Shown here piece by piece: positions 7,296 through 15,592 of a stretch of 28,556 nt of DNA. The DNA is from Lachnospiraceae bacterium. GTDB taxonomy: Bacteria; Bacillota; Clostridia; Lachnospirales; Lachnospiraceae. Where the stretch lies: NCBI GenBank assembly GCA_016293925.1, contig JAEDCX010000025.1, positions 1-28,556 on the forward strand, written 5' to 3'. Made by a program: the position numbers and the translations under genes. Each line of letters opens with the position of its first letter. Positions within the stretch are counted from its first letter, which is position 1. The notes beneath the pieces are model-generated. The model did not search any database. It was not told the DNA's origin and worked only from the letters and a program-made list of their open reading frames with translations.

Positions 7296-9770
7296 CTACT
7301 CAATGGACTTCAGGGATTCCGCCATGTTGATCTTTTTCAGTTTGAAATACATGACCACGTCCACGATCAGGGCGAATCCGAATGTAAACAGAATCGCATA
7401 GAGGAAACTGCTTCCGTCAATATGGACATCGAAACGGACCATATCGATCTTGATCTGGCTCATGACAAACCGCTGCAGTGCAATGCCCAGCGGAAGTCCC
7501 ACCAGGGCGCCGATGGCGGTCAGTACCATGTTCTCCCGGAATACATAGATTGCCGTTTCCCCGGGGTAGAAGCCCAGCACCTTGATGGTGGCAATCTCCC
7601 GGATCCGCTCCGTGATATTGATGTTGGTCAGATTGTACAGAACAATAAACGCCAGGGCCGCCGCACAGGCGATGATCAGGACTACAATATAGTCCATTGT
7701 TTTCATCATGCGATTGAATTTGCTGCTCACCTCTTCGTTGACCGTTACCGCACTGACATTTTCCTGCTGCAGGAATGCCGTTGACAGATCGTACAGATCC
7801 TGGCCAGCAGCAGCATTTACGAACGCGGTTTTGTATGCAGGTTTGCTGCCGAAGAATGCTTCATAGGTTTCAGCACTCAGATAGGCACTGCTCATGAAGA
7901 AATTCTGGCAAACCGCCGACACTCGCAGAGTCACCTCCTGCATGTCGGAGGTACGCATGGTTACGGTATCCCCTGTGTGGAGTCCGAATGCTTCAGCGGT
8001 ATTCACCGCAAGGACGACTTCTCCGTAGCCGGGAAAAGCAATCGGCTCCCCCTGGGGAGTATGCAGATTCACCAGTTCGGGAAACCGGTCTGCGTCCCGG
8101 GGTACCACAATCGTCGTGGCTTTGACCGTGTCCTCCCCGATGATGTCCACCGAAATCTGATATACAGGCATGATAAGAGACGTTTCCTCCGACCAGTCTT
8201 CAGCAAACGATACCATCTCCTCTTCCGTCAGCGGATCGATAAAGCTGACGCTCTCATCGTATACCATAATCGTTCCGTATTGTGCATCCGCAATCCCCAC
8301 GATGGAATCCTGAATTCCGAAGCCGGTTACAATCAGCCCGGTACATCCGCTGATGCCCAGAACCATCATAAAGAATCGCTTCTTGTAACGTACAACATTC
8401 CGGATCGATACCTTGTACAGGAATTTGAGCCGCTTCCAGATAAACGGTACATATTCCAGGAAAATACGTTTCCCTGCCTTAGGTGCTTTCGGCCGGATCA
8501 GTTCCGCTGCCGTACCGGCAAGCTCATACCGGCAGGATACCCATGTGGTTCCGATGGAACAGAACAGAGACACTGCCAGAGAGATTGCGAACAACACCCA
8601 GTTCATCACAAAATGAATCTCCGTGAATCCGTACATCATCCCGTACACCTTCCAGATTGTCGCGGGGAATATCCAGGATCCCAGGAAAAAACCACCCACA
8701 CAGCCGATCAGCGCAGCACTTCCGGAATATGTCATATATTTTCCCATAATAGTGCCTGTCCCATATCCGAGTGCCTTCAGGACACCGATCTGGGTTCGCT
8801 GTTCCTCCACCATCCGATTCATGGTTGTCATGCAGACCAGCGCCGCCACCAGGAAAAAGAAGATCGGAAATACCACCGCGATTCCTTCCACAATCTCCGA
8901 ATCCCTCTGAAAACTCACATATCCTACATTGGTCTCCCGGGTCAGCACATAGGTCGCAGGCTCCAGCTTCCCGGATTCCGGTTCTGCTCCGGCATCCCGA
9001 TAAAGAGCATTTTCATAGATCTCCCGCAAACGGCGCTCTCCACAGGCGGCAAGCACCGCTTCCATTTCATCCTGATGTGCTTCGATCATACCATCATAGC
9101 CTGCAGAATAGAGTTCATGTTTCTCCTCCATGGTCACATAGATATCCGTATAGTAATCCATCCGGAAATCCTCCGGCAGGATGTAACAGTAATATTGAAT
9201 GCTTCCGTTTCCGATCGTCGTGCTTCCCCGTTCATAATTTAGGTACAGGGACGCATTTCCCAGACCGACCACCGTATATTCGCGACAGCTGAACCGATCC
9301 AGAATCTCCGGGGAATTGGTATCCGGAATGGTAATCGTGGTACCGATATATTCATCCGTATAATATCTTCCATCCAGAACAATCTCACCGGACTTCTCCG
9401 GACCGCGTCCGGTCAGAATCGAAACACCGTTCAGATTCTTCGGCCAGGAATGGAACCGGACCACAGATTCCTTGTCCTTGTCTACCGCTGTTGCATCGGC
9501 ATAATATGCTCCTTCTGCATATTCCACGCCTTCCAGATCCCGGACGGCATCCACATCCTCCTCCGCAAGTCCCAACGTTGATACAAGCCGATAGTCAAAC
9601 AGATTCAGCTTCTCCAGATATTGATTTGTCGTTTCCCACATTGCCTGCTTCGTTACCTTCAGTCCCGAGAAAAAACCAACTCCAAGGGCAATGATGGACA
9701 TTATGGCCGCATACCTTCCGAAACTTCCGCGAATCTCCCGGAAGGTTGTTTTTCTTATCATTGATTTCAT
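7296..9770 (-). CDS. ABC transporter permease, MacB/YbbP-like, with two FtsX domains and large extracytoplasmic loops
   Basis: About 824 aa from the ATG at 9770 (MKSMIRKTTFREIRG...). The ORF track starts at a TTG at 9800, which overlaps the ATPase stop. The N-terminal TM is followed by a long loop and a 3-TM FtsX block (VFPIFFFLVAALVCMTTMNRMVEEQRTQIGVLKALGY). A second copy of this block occurs near the C-terminus (LIIACAAALAFIVLYNLTNINITERIREIATIKVLGF). Confidence 0.9.
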   Translation of the reverse strand: MKSMIRKTTFREIRGSFGRYAAIMSIIALGVGFFSGLKVTKQAMWETTNQYLEKLNLFDYRLVSTLGLAEEDVDAVRDLEGVEYAEGAYYADATAVDKDKESVVRFHSWPKNLNGVSILTGRGPEKSGEIVLDGRYYTDEYIGTTITIPDTNSPEILDRFSCREYTVVGLGNASLYLNYERGSTTIGNGSIQYYCYILPEDFRMDYYTDIYVTMEEKHELYSAGYDGMIEAHQDEMEAVLAACGERRLREIYENALYRDAGAEPESGKLEPATYVLTRETNVGYVSFQRDSEIVEGIAVVFPIFFFLVAALVCMTTMNRMVEEQRTQIGVLKALGYGTGTIMGKYMTYSGSAALIGCVGGFFLGSWIFPATIWKVYGMMYGFTEIHFVMNWVLFAISLAVSLFCSIGTTWVSCRYELAGTAAELIRPKAPKAGKRIFLEYVPFIWKRLKFLYKVSIRNVVRYKKRFFMMVLGISGCTGLIVTGFGIQDSIVGIADAQYGTIMVYDESVSFIDPLTEEEMVSFAEDWSEETSLIMPVYQISVDIIGEDTVKATTIVVPRDADRFPELVNLHTPQGEPIAFPGYGEVVLAVNTAEAFGLHTGDTVTMRTSDMQEVTLRVSAVCQNFFMSSAYLSAETYEAFFGSKPAYKTAFVNAAAGQDLYDLSTAFLQQENVSAVTVNEEVSSKFNRMMKTMDYIVVLIIACAAALAFIVLYNLTNINITERIREIATIKVLGFYPGETAIYVFRENMVLTAIGALVGLPLGIALQRFVMSQIKIDMVRFDVHIDGSSFLYAILFTFGFALIVDVVMYFKLKKINMAESLKSIE

Positions 9771-9789
9771 ATGTATGTGTACCTGCTTC

Positions 9790-10491
9790 CTACCACTCAA
9801 TCTCCTCTACCGGAATGATATGTTCGTTCTGTTCCATTTTCACAACGGTTCCGCTTTTGACCGTTATGATTCTGTCCGCCATTGCGGTCAGCGCCTGATT
9901 ATGTGTGATAACCACCACCGTCATGCCCGTGTTCCGGCAGGTGTCCTGCAATAATTTCAAAACCTGCTTCCCTGTATGATAGTCCAGGGCTCCCGTAGGT
10001 TCATCACATAACAGAAGCTTCGGATTCTTCGCAAGCGCTCTGGCAATGGCCACCCGCTGCTGCTCCCCGCCGGACAGCTGCGCTGGAAAATTCCCCGCCC
10101 GATCCTGAAGTCCTACCTGCGCGATCACGGTTGCCGCATCCATCGGGTTCTTACAGATCTGCGCTGCCAATTCCACATTTTCAAGGGCCGTCAGGTTCTG
10201 AACCAGATTGTAGAACTGGAATACAAAACCGATATCATGTCTGCGGTATGCAGTCAGCCTCTTCATGGGATAGGAAGAGATCTCTTCCCCATCCAGCAGG
10301 ACGGTTCCCGAAGACAGGGTATCCATCCCGCCCAGAATATTCAGAATCGTCGTTTTCCCGGCACCGGACGCTCCCACGATCACACAGAATTCTCCTTTTT
10401 CAATGGTAAAATTCACGTTCTTCAGGGCATCGATATCCACCTCGCCCATATGATATGTTTTACAGACCTGTTGAAATTCTACAAAGCTCAT
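9790..10491 (-). CDS. ABC transporter ATP-binding protein, MacB/LolD type
   Basis: Walker [11 protein letters not shown]-loop, signature [15 protein letters not shown], Walker [13 protein letters not shown] and H-loop ITHN are all present. Its ATG overlaps the upstream stop codon (ATGA). Confidence 0.95.
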   Translation of the reverse strand: MSFVEFQQVCKTYHMGEVDIDALKNVNFTIEKGEFCVIVGASGAGKTTILNILGGMDTLSSGTVLLDGEEISSYPMKRLTAYRRHDIGFVFQFYNLVQNLTALENVELAAQICKNPMDAATVIAQVGLQDRAGNFPAQLSGGEQQRVAIARALAKNPKLLLCDEPTGALDYHTGKQVLKLLQDTCRNTGMTVVVITHNQALTAMADRIITVKSGTVVKMEQNEHIIPVEEIEW

Positions 10492-10946
10492 CTTCTGTCA
10501 CGCTCCTCACTCTCTTCTATCATTTGTTCCAGATATCCGCCGTCCCACATCAGAATCTTCAGTTTCTTCGCTGCCTCCACCGCCGGTTTGGTGAAAAACT
10601 GATTCGTCAGAACTGCGCCCACCATGCAGTCATAATAATCCCTGCCGGCATACGCCTCCTGAATGGCTTTCACGCCCACCGGTACGGAATAACGTTTACA
10701 CTGAATCGCATAACTGACTCCGTCCTTCCAGGCCAGAATATCCACACCGTAATCCTTGCTTCCGGGCGTTACCTGAACCTCCTGAAATCCTCTTTCCTCC
10801 AGCAGATCAGCACAATAATGCTCAAACGCATGCCCTTCCATATCGTTCAGGTCCGGATACCGATGTTGCCTTCTATGCAGAATGATCCCTGCCACAACCA
10901 ACACGAACACGCCCGCCACTGCGGCCGCAATCCACCAATCATTCAT
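10488..10946 (-). CDS. membrane-anchored restriction-endonuclease-fold protein (Mrr_cat-like PD-(D/E)xK domain)
   Basis: 152 aa from the ATG at 10946. One TM helix (WWIAAAVAGVFVLVVAGIILH) is followed by RRQHR. The Mrr-type core reads FEHYCADLLEERGF...SKDYGVDILA...YAIQCKRY...VGVKAIQE, giving a D...QxK catalytic arrangement like Mrr. The stop overlaps the ATPase start. Confidence 0.8.
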   Translation of the reverse strand: MNDWWIAAAVAGVFVLVVAGIILHRRQHRYPDLNDMEGHAFEHYCADLLEERGFQEVQVTPGSKDYGVDILAWKDGVSYAIQCKRYSVPVGVKAIQEAYAGRDYYDCMVGAVLTNQFFTKPAVEAAKKLKILMWDGGYLEQMIEESEERDRR

Positions 10947-11013
10947 CAATCCGCCTGCTTTCCTTCCGTCGTAATCTTCGTTCCTCCGGAACGCCTCCGA
11001 AGGATATTCGATT

Positions 11014-11042
11014 CATTATACCATTGGGTTTTTTCTTTGTAA
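11014..11042 (-). promoter_or_regulatory. predicted sigma-A promoter of the nuclease-ABC operon
   Basis: The minus strand reads TTTACA-17 nt-TATAAT with an extended TG (TGgTATAAT). It lies about 65 nt upstream of the ATG at 10946. The leader contains a CGUUCC-gga-GGAACG hairpin. Confidence 0.6.
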
Positions 11043-11204
11043 ATCTGCACAATCATTGACATTGTGACACTTTATTGATAGCCTTGTTTTAGGAAATGTC
11101 CTTTGTTATATCGCATCACACGGCCGGTTACGGGATGACGCCTTATTCCCGGCAGGATGAGACATATACAAGACATAGAGAAATACGTCGGAAGGGGTCA
11201 AAAG

Positions 11205-11876
11205 ATGATTTGTGTCAAATGTCGGAATCAGCTTCCTCCTGGAGCACAGGTCTGTCCGCACTGTGGTGCGGCCGTAGAAGTTACGCAGCAGGCGGTTCTT
11301 CCCAATCAACTATACGGATATGAACATGCACCGCAAGGCTATCCACAGAATCCGGCAGCCCCCATAGGCTGTCCGCAGGCCATACAGGGCTATATACCGC
11401 CGCAGGGTTGTGTGCCGCCGCAGGGCTATGTGTTACCGCAGATGACTATGCCTTCGGGCTATCCGTCCGTACAACGCCAGACACCTCCTCTCCCCCCTAT
11501 GCCGGGCAGTTATGCATTTGCCCTGGTTATGGGTATCCTAGGGATTGTGGGCGGTTCCATCGGCACCTTCTGCTGGGGACTGATTGCCGCCGGAATTGCA
11601 TCCGTACTCAGTATCGCCGCCGTTGTCCTCGGTGTCAATGCGGCCAAGCAGACCGGCCGGCCCCGATCGAACGGTGCCATGATCTGCGGAATCGTCGGTA
11701 TTGTCCTGTCGGTATTCTTCTCCGCCGGATGCTTTGTCTACGGGCTCAGCTGCACCTATGATTCCTGCACGGGGGTACGGGGTTGTGAGAAATACGGTTA
11801 TTACGGCTTCATCGGCGGTGCCTGTGTAGATTCCTGTGAATCCCGGAGCACTACGACCGATTACGACAACTATTGA
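11205..11876 (+). CDS. zinc-ribbon / Pro-Gln-Gly-Tyr repeat / multi-TM membrane protein with a Cys-rich tail (DUF4190-like)
   Basis: I place the start at the ATG at 11205, with RBS GGAAGGGG upstream. The N-terminal zinc ribbon is CVKCRNQLPPGAQVCPHCG. A PQGY-type low-complexity linker follows. Glycine-rich TM helices contain VLGVNAAKQ, and the C-terminal tail contains KYGYYGFIGGACVDSC. Confidence 0.8.
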   Translation: MICVKCRNQLPPGAQVCPHCGAAVEVTQQAVLPNQLYGYEHAPQGYPQNPAAPIGCPQAIQGYIPPQGCVPPQGYVLPQMTMPSGYPSVQRQTPPLPPMPGSYAFALVMGILGIVGGSIGTFCWGLIAAGIASVLSIAAVVLGVNAAKQTGRPRSNGAMICGIVGIVLSVFFSAGCFVYGLSCTYDSCTGVRGCEKYGYYGFIGGACVDSCESRSTTTDYDNY

Positions 11877-11933
11877 TTCCCGGCTCAAAATATCATATCG
11901 GGCTCCGATCATGACAGCTTCAGCCATCGCAAT

Positions 11934-11954
11934 GTATACGCTGTATACGTTTTT
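11934..11954 (+). terminator. possible weak terminator after the zinc-ribbon gene
   Basis: GTATAC-gct-GTATAC followed by GTTTTT. The stem is short and AT-rich, so this is tentative. Confidence 0.3.
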
Positions 11955-11960
11955 CGATAA

Positions 11961-11989
11961 TTGACAGATATGGTGGAAAATGGTAGAGT
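11961..11989 (+). promoter_or_regulatory. predicted sigma-A promoter for the 124-aa paralog
   Basis: TTGACA (11961-11966)-17 nt-TAGAGT (11984-11989), with an extended TG at 11981-11982. Confidence 0.5.
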
Positions 11990-12073
11990 TATAGGCGGAA
12001 TTGTTTGCCTTGTGACGGTATATATTATCGTTACAGGTAATACATATTACAAATATTATGAGGAGGACATAAT

Positions 12074-12448
12074 ATGGAACCTACAGTACAGCCCGGCAAG
12101 GGTCTTCGTACCGCATCCCTGATCTTAGGTATCGTTAGTATCGTTTCAGGTACTCTCGGTGTTATCTTCTGGGGGATTTCCTGTGGTATAACATCTATTG
12201 CATGCGGTATCGTTGCAATCGTACTCGGCGTCAACGCAGCAAAACAGGCTAACGGTGCGAAGGGCGGTGGATTTATCTGCGGTCTGATCGGTCTGATCTT
12301 CGGCGTTGTATTTACACTGGGATGCACAATCATCTCTTGTGCTTGCAGCTGCAAATACGGCTACAGCGGTGTGATCGGCGGATCCTGTTCGGCAGAAAGC
12401 GATGCGAGAAAATTTGCGAATGAAATCGAGAACAGCTTTAACTGGTAA
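12074..12448 (+). CDS. small multi-TM membrane protein, paralog of the C-terminal module of the 11205-11876 protein
   Basis: RBS GAGGAGG lies 7 nt upstream. The protein aligns with its neighbour over about 100 aa: LGIVSIVSGTLGVIFWG...IVLGVNAAKQ...ICGLIGLIFGVVFTLGC...KYGYSGVIGGSC. Confidence 0.8.
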   Translation: MEPTVQPGKGLRTASLILGIVSIVSGTLGVIFWGISCGITSIACGIVAIVLGVNAAKQANGAKGGGFICGLIGLIFGVVFTLGCTIISCACSCKYGYSGVIGGSCSAESDARKFANEIENSFNW

Positions 12449-12480
12449 TTCCGTCTGACAGAAACAGAACAACACATGCG

Positions 12481-12510
12481 AAGGCTGTTGCTACGGCAAC
12501 AGCCTTTTCT
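12481..12510 (+). terminator. intrinsic terminator
   Basis: AAGGCTGTTGC-tacg-GCAACAGCCTT followed by TTCT. The stem is a perfect 11 bp. Confidence 0.75.
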
Positions 12511-12533
12511 GTGAGAATCTTCGGAGTGTATCT

Positions 12534-13487
12534 ATGTATCCTTACATTCATATCGTCGGAAACTTCAATATCCCTACTTACGGATCCTTGTTTTTAATCG
12601 GATTCATTATTGCAATCTTCATCGGACGACACATCGGTCCCTCCATGGGCATTGGGAAGGATGATGCCTTCTACGGCATGCTCTATTGTGCCATCGGTAT
12701 CCTGATCGGTTCCAAGGTAATGTATTTCGTCAGCAAACTGCCGAATGTCATTACAAACTTCAGTACCGTGATCGAATGGGCGAAAACCGACTTCGGCGGT
12801 CTGATGGGTTATCTGTTCGGCGGTCTGGTATTCTATGGCGGACTGATCGGTGCAGTGATCGGTATCTACAGATACTGTTATCATTTCCGTGTGTCCTTCA
12901 AGGCATTCGTCAATGTATATGCACCTCTGATTCCGCTGATTCATGCCTTCGGACGTGTGGGATGCTTCCTGGCAGGCTGCTGCTACGGGATGGAATATCA
13001 CGGCTTCGGTGCGGTACAGTTTCCCAGTCCGGACAAATTCCCGATGTTTGACACAGATCCTGTTCTAAGCAGTGTTCCCAGACTTCCGATTCAGCTGATC
13101 GAGGCAGGATTGAATATTATTGCATTCATCATATTGTGGACCCTCACGAAAAAACGCAGAAACAAACCGATGCAGACCATGGGCTTCTACCTGGTGTACT
13201 ATACGGTTGCACGTTTTGTACTGGAATTCTTCCGGGGTGATATCGAACGGGGGTACTTCGGGGCAATTACCACTTCCCAGTGGATCAGTCTGTTGCTCCT
13301 GCCGATCGCAGTCATCCTTATCCGGGGCAGATGGCAGCAAAAACACCTGAACACCCAGGAACGTCCGCTGAACCGAAGAGAGCTGGCCCGCCGGGAGAAA
13401 TATAAGGCCTGGTACGATGCCCAGGAAGCTGCTGCACGGAAGCAGGAAGCAGTAACAGTACAGGAACAAGATTCTGCGGGTGAATAA
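12534..13487 (+). CDS. lgt: prolipoprotein diacylglyceryl transferase
   Basis: The protein is polytopic and carries the Lgt signature HAFGRVGCFLAGCCYG plus the FLYGLVFYGGLIG-like segment GYLFGGLVFYGGLIGAV. It has a basic/acidic C-terminal extension. Confidence 0.93.
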   Translation: MYPYIHIVGNFNIPTYGSLFLIGFIIAIFIGRHIGPSMGIGKDDAFYGMLYCAIGILIGSKVMYFVSKLPNVITNFSTVIEWAKTDFGGLMGYLFGGLVFYGGLIGAVIGIYRYCYHFRVSFKAFVNVYAPLIPLIHAFGRVGCFLAGCCYGMEYHGFGAVQFPSPDKFPMFDTDPVLSSVPRLPIQLIEAGLNIIAFIILWTLTKKRRNKPMQTMGFYLVYYTVARFVLEFFRGDIERGYFGAITTSQWISLLLLPIAVILIRGRWQQKHLNTQERPLNRRELARREKYKAWYDAQEAAARKQEAVTVQEQDSAGE

Positions 13488-13513
13488 CAATATAATCCAT
13501 TTGCAAAGATACG

Positions 13514-13550
13514 GCAATGTTCTATGATATGAGGTAGAACATTGCTTTTT
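13514..13550 (+). terminator. intrinsic terminator after lgt
   Basis: GCAATGTTCTA-tgatatgagg-TAGAACATTGC followed by TTTTT. Confidence 0.75.
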
Positions 13551-13575
13551 GATTTATGGATACGGAGGGTAAACG

Positions 13576-14949
13576 ATGGGATTCAAAAAAGATTTCATAT
13601 GGGGCGCCGCTACCGCTTCCTATCAGGTGGAAGGAGCTGCCTATGAGGACGGAAAAGGACTGAATATCTGGGATGTATTCTGCCGGAAACCCGGGGCTGT
13701 CTACGAGGGGCATAACGGTGATGTGGCCTGCGACCAGTATCATCTCTATCATGATGATGTGGAACTGATGGCAAGTCTTCATCTGCAGGCTTACCGCTTC
13801 TCCATCAGCTGGTCAAGGGTTCTGCCGGAGGGAACCACCCGGTACGGCGGTAAGGTAAATGAGGCCGGACTCGCATACTATGACCGGCTGGTAGATGACT
13901 TACTTGCCCACAATATCGAGCCCTATGTGACACTGTATCACTGGGATCTTCCCTATGAACTCCAGTGCCGGGGCGGATGGCAGAATGACGAGATTGTAGA
14001 TTGGTTCCACGAATATGCAGAACTGATTGCCAAGAGACTGGGCGACCGGGTGAAATACTTTTTTACCGTCAATGAACCCCAGTGCTTTCTGGGCCTTGGA
14101 TATTTGCGCGGAGAACATGCTCCGGGAATCTGTGTGGGCGATCGAGAATTCCTGCGCACGGTGCACAATATGCTGAAAGCCCACGGTGCAGCCGTTACCG
14201 CTCTCCGGACCCATTGCAAAACAGATGTGAAGGTGGGGATGGCACCCACTGCCACCTACTGCTACCCGGCAACCGATTCCCCGGAAGATATCCGGGCGGC
14301 ACGGGAGAACATGTTCTATTTCAACGACAGTGTGGACTCCATGATCTGGAGTATGCCGCTCATTGCGGATCCGGTCATGCTCGGTCACTATCCCGAACAG
14401 GTTCTCAGTCAGTTTGAAGGACGTCTTCCCCATATCACGGACGCTGATATGAAATTGATTTCACAACCCACTGATTTCTTCGGCTTTAATCTCTACAACG
14501 GGATTGAGACATCCATGGGACCGGACGGACAGCCGCTGCGCCGGAAACGTTATGACGGCTTCCCGAAAACAGCCATCCAGTGGCCGGTTACCCCGGAAGC
14601 AATCTACTGGGCATCCCGGTTCCTGTACGAGCGGTACCGGAAACCTCTCTACGTCACTGAAAACGGTATGTCCGCCCATGATTGGGTTTCCCTGGACGGC
14701 AAAGTGCATGATCCGAACCGGATTGATTTCTATCATCGTTACCTGCGGGAGCTTCGGAAAGCTGCCGATGACGGTGTGGATATCGCCGGATACTTCGCAT
14801 GGTCCCTGATGGACAACTTCGAATGGGCAAACGGATACAATGACCGTTTCGGCCTGGTCTATGTTGACTACACAACGCAACAGCGGATTATCAAGGATTC
14901 CGGCTGCTGGTACCGGGACGTCATTGATACAAACGGCGAGCATCTGTAG
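13576..14949 (+). CDS. glycoside hydrolase family 1 beta-glucosidase
   Basis: GH1 motifs are present: FIWGAATASYQVEGA, TLYHWDLP, the acid/base FTVNEP, the nucleophile YVTENG, and WSLMDNFEWANGY. RBS GGAGGG lies upstream. Confidence 0.95.
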   Translation: MGFKKDFIWGAATASYQVEGAAYEDGKGLNIWDVFCRKPGAVYEGHNGDVACDQYHLYHDDVELMASLHLQAYRFSISWSRVLPEGTTRYGGKVNEAGLAYYDRLVDDLLAHNIEPYVTLYHWDLPYELQCRGGWQNDEIVDWFHEYAELIAKRLGDRVKYFFTVNEPQCFLGLGYLRGEHAPGICVGDREFLRTVHNMLKAHGAAVTALRTHCKTDVKVGMAPTATYCYPATDSPEDIRAARENMFYFNDSVDSMIWSMPLIADPVMLGHYPEQVLSQFEGRLPHITDADMKLISQPTDFFGFNLYNGIETSMGPDGQPLRRKRYDGFPKTAIQWPVTPEAIYWASRFLYERYRKPLYVTENGMSAHDWVSLDGKVHDPNRIDFYHRYLRELRKAADDGVDIAGYFAWSLMDNFEWANGYNDRFGLVYVDYTTQQRIIKDSGCWYRDVIDTNGEHL

Positions 14950-14993
14950 GAAAAAGAAGCCATTCCGAAAAGAACTTTTCTCCAAAACACATA

Positions 14994-15022
14994 TTGAAAA
15001 CTTATAAACACTGTAATATTAT
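14994..15022 (+). promoter_or_regulatory. predicted sigma-A promoter of the Rrf2 gene, nested inside the terminator hairpin
   Basis: TTGAAA (14994-14999)-17 nt-TATTAT (15017-15022). The -35 overlaps the left hairpin arm and the -10 lies in the loop. Confidence 0.45.
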
Positions 15023-15046
15023 AGGTTTATAAGTTTTCTTTTTATT
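14996..15046 (+). terminator. intrinsic terminator after the GH1 gene (14-bp perfect inverted repeat plus T-run)
   Basis: GAAAACTTATAAAC (14996-15009), a 15-nt loop, GTTTATAAGTTTTC (15025-15038), then TTTTTATT. Confidence 0.6.
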
Positions 15047-15072
15047 CATCAACAGAAATGGAGGAAATAATT

Positions 15073-15501
15073 ATGATGATATCCACCAAAGGCCGTTACG
15101 CTCTGCGCGTCATGATCGATCTGGCCGAACACAATACCGGGAAATACATTACACTGGCGGATATCGCCGCAAGACAGGAGATTTCTGAGAAATATCTGGA
15201 GAGTATCGTGAATCTTCTGAGCAAAAAAGAATATGTGGACGCCCTCCGCGGTAAAGGCGGCGGTTATCGTCTGAATCGCGCACCGGAAAGCTACACCGTG
15301 GCGGAAATTCTGAAAGCGGCTGACTGTACGCTGGCACCGGTTACCTGCCTGGAGCATGCACCCAATCGCTGTGAACGTGCCGCATATTGTAAAACCCTCA
15401 ACATGTGGGAAGGGCTGCATAAGCTGATCAACGATTATTTTGAGGGGATTTCACTTGCCGATCTGGTGAAAAACGAAGGAAACGGGGATTTCGTGATCTG
15501 A
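15073..15501 (+). CDS. Rrf2 family transcriptional regulator, probably Fe-S binding (3-Cys motif)
   Basis: I place the start at the ATG at 15073. The annotated upstream ATGGAGGAA is itself the RBS (GGAGG, 8-nt spacing). The N-terminal wHTH reads MISTKGRYALRVMIDLA...ITLADIAARQEISEKYLESIV. The Cys cluster is VTC-x7-C-x5-C (CLEHAPNRCERAAYC). Confidence 0.9.
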   Translation: MMISTKGRYALRVMIDLAEHNTGKYITLADIAARQEISEKYLESIVNLLSKKEYVDALRGKGGGYRLNRAPESYTVAEILKAADCTLAPVTCLEHAPNRCERAAYCKTLNMWEGLHKLINDYFEGISLADLVKNEGNGDFVI

Positions 15502-15592
15502 GCCCACAGGGGGCAGATCCTACTACCCCGGGAGCGATATGTACATCCGGGATCGGGTTCGACATCCGGGCAGGCTGTCACACGACTGCCTG

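Noticed and set aside
7977-9242. 421-aa ORF (plus 8771-9292 and others) antisense to the FtsX permease gene
   Set aside because: Same reasoning as above. It has the compositional signature of an antisense frame and no start context, and the opposite strand encodes a clearly recognisable protein.
15502-15592. Direct 9-bp repeat ACATCCGGG (15543-15551 and 15562-15570) and a GCAGGC/GCCTGC hairpin between the convergent Rrf2 and RsmH-family genes
   Set aside because: The elements are short, GC-rich and lack a T-run on either strand. They are consistent with chance or weak structure and are not enough to call a terminator or a regulatory site.
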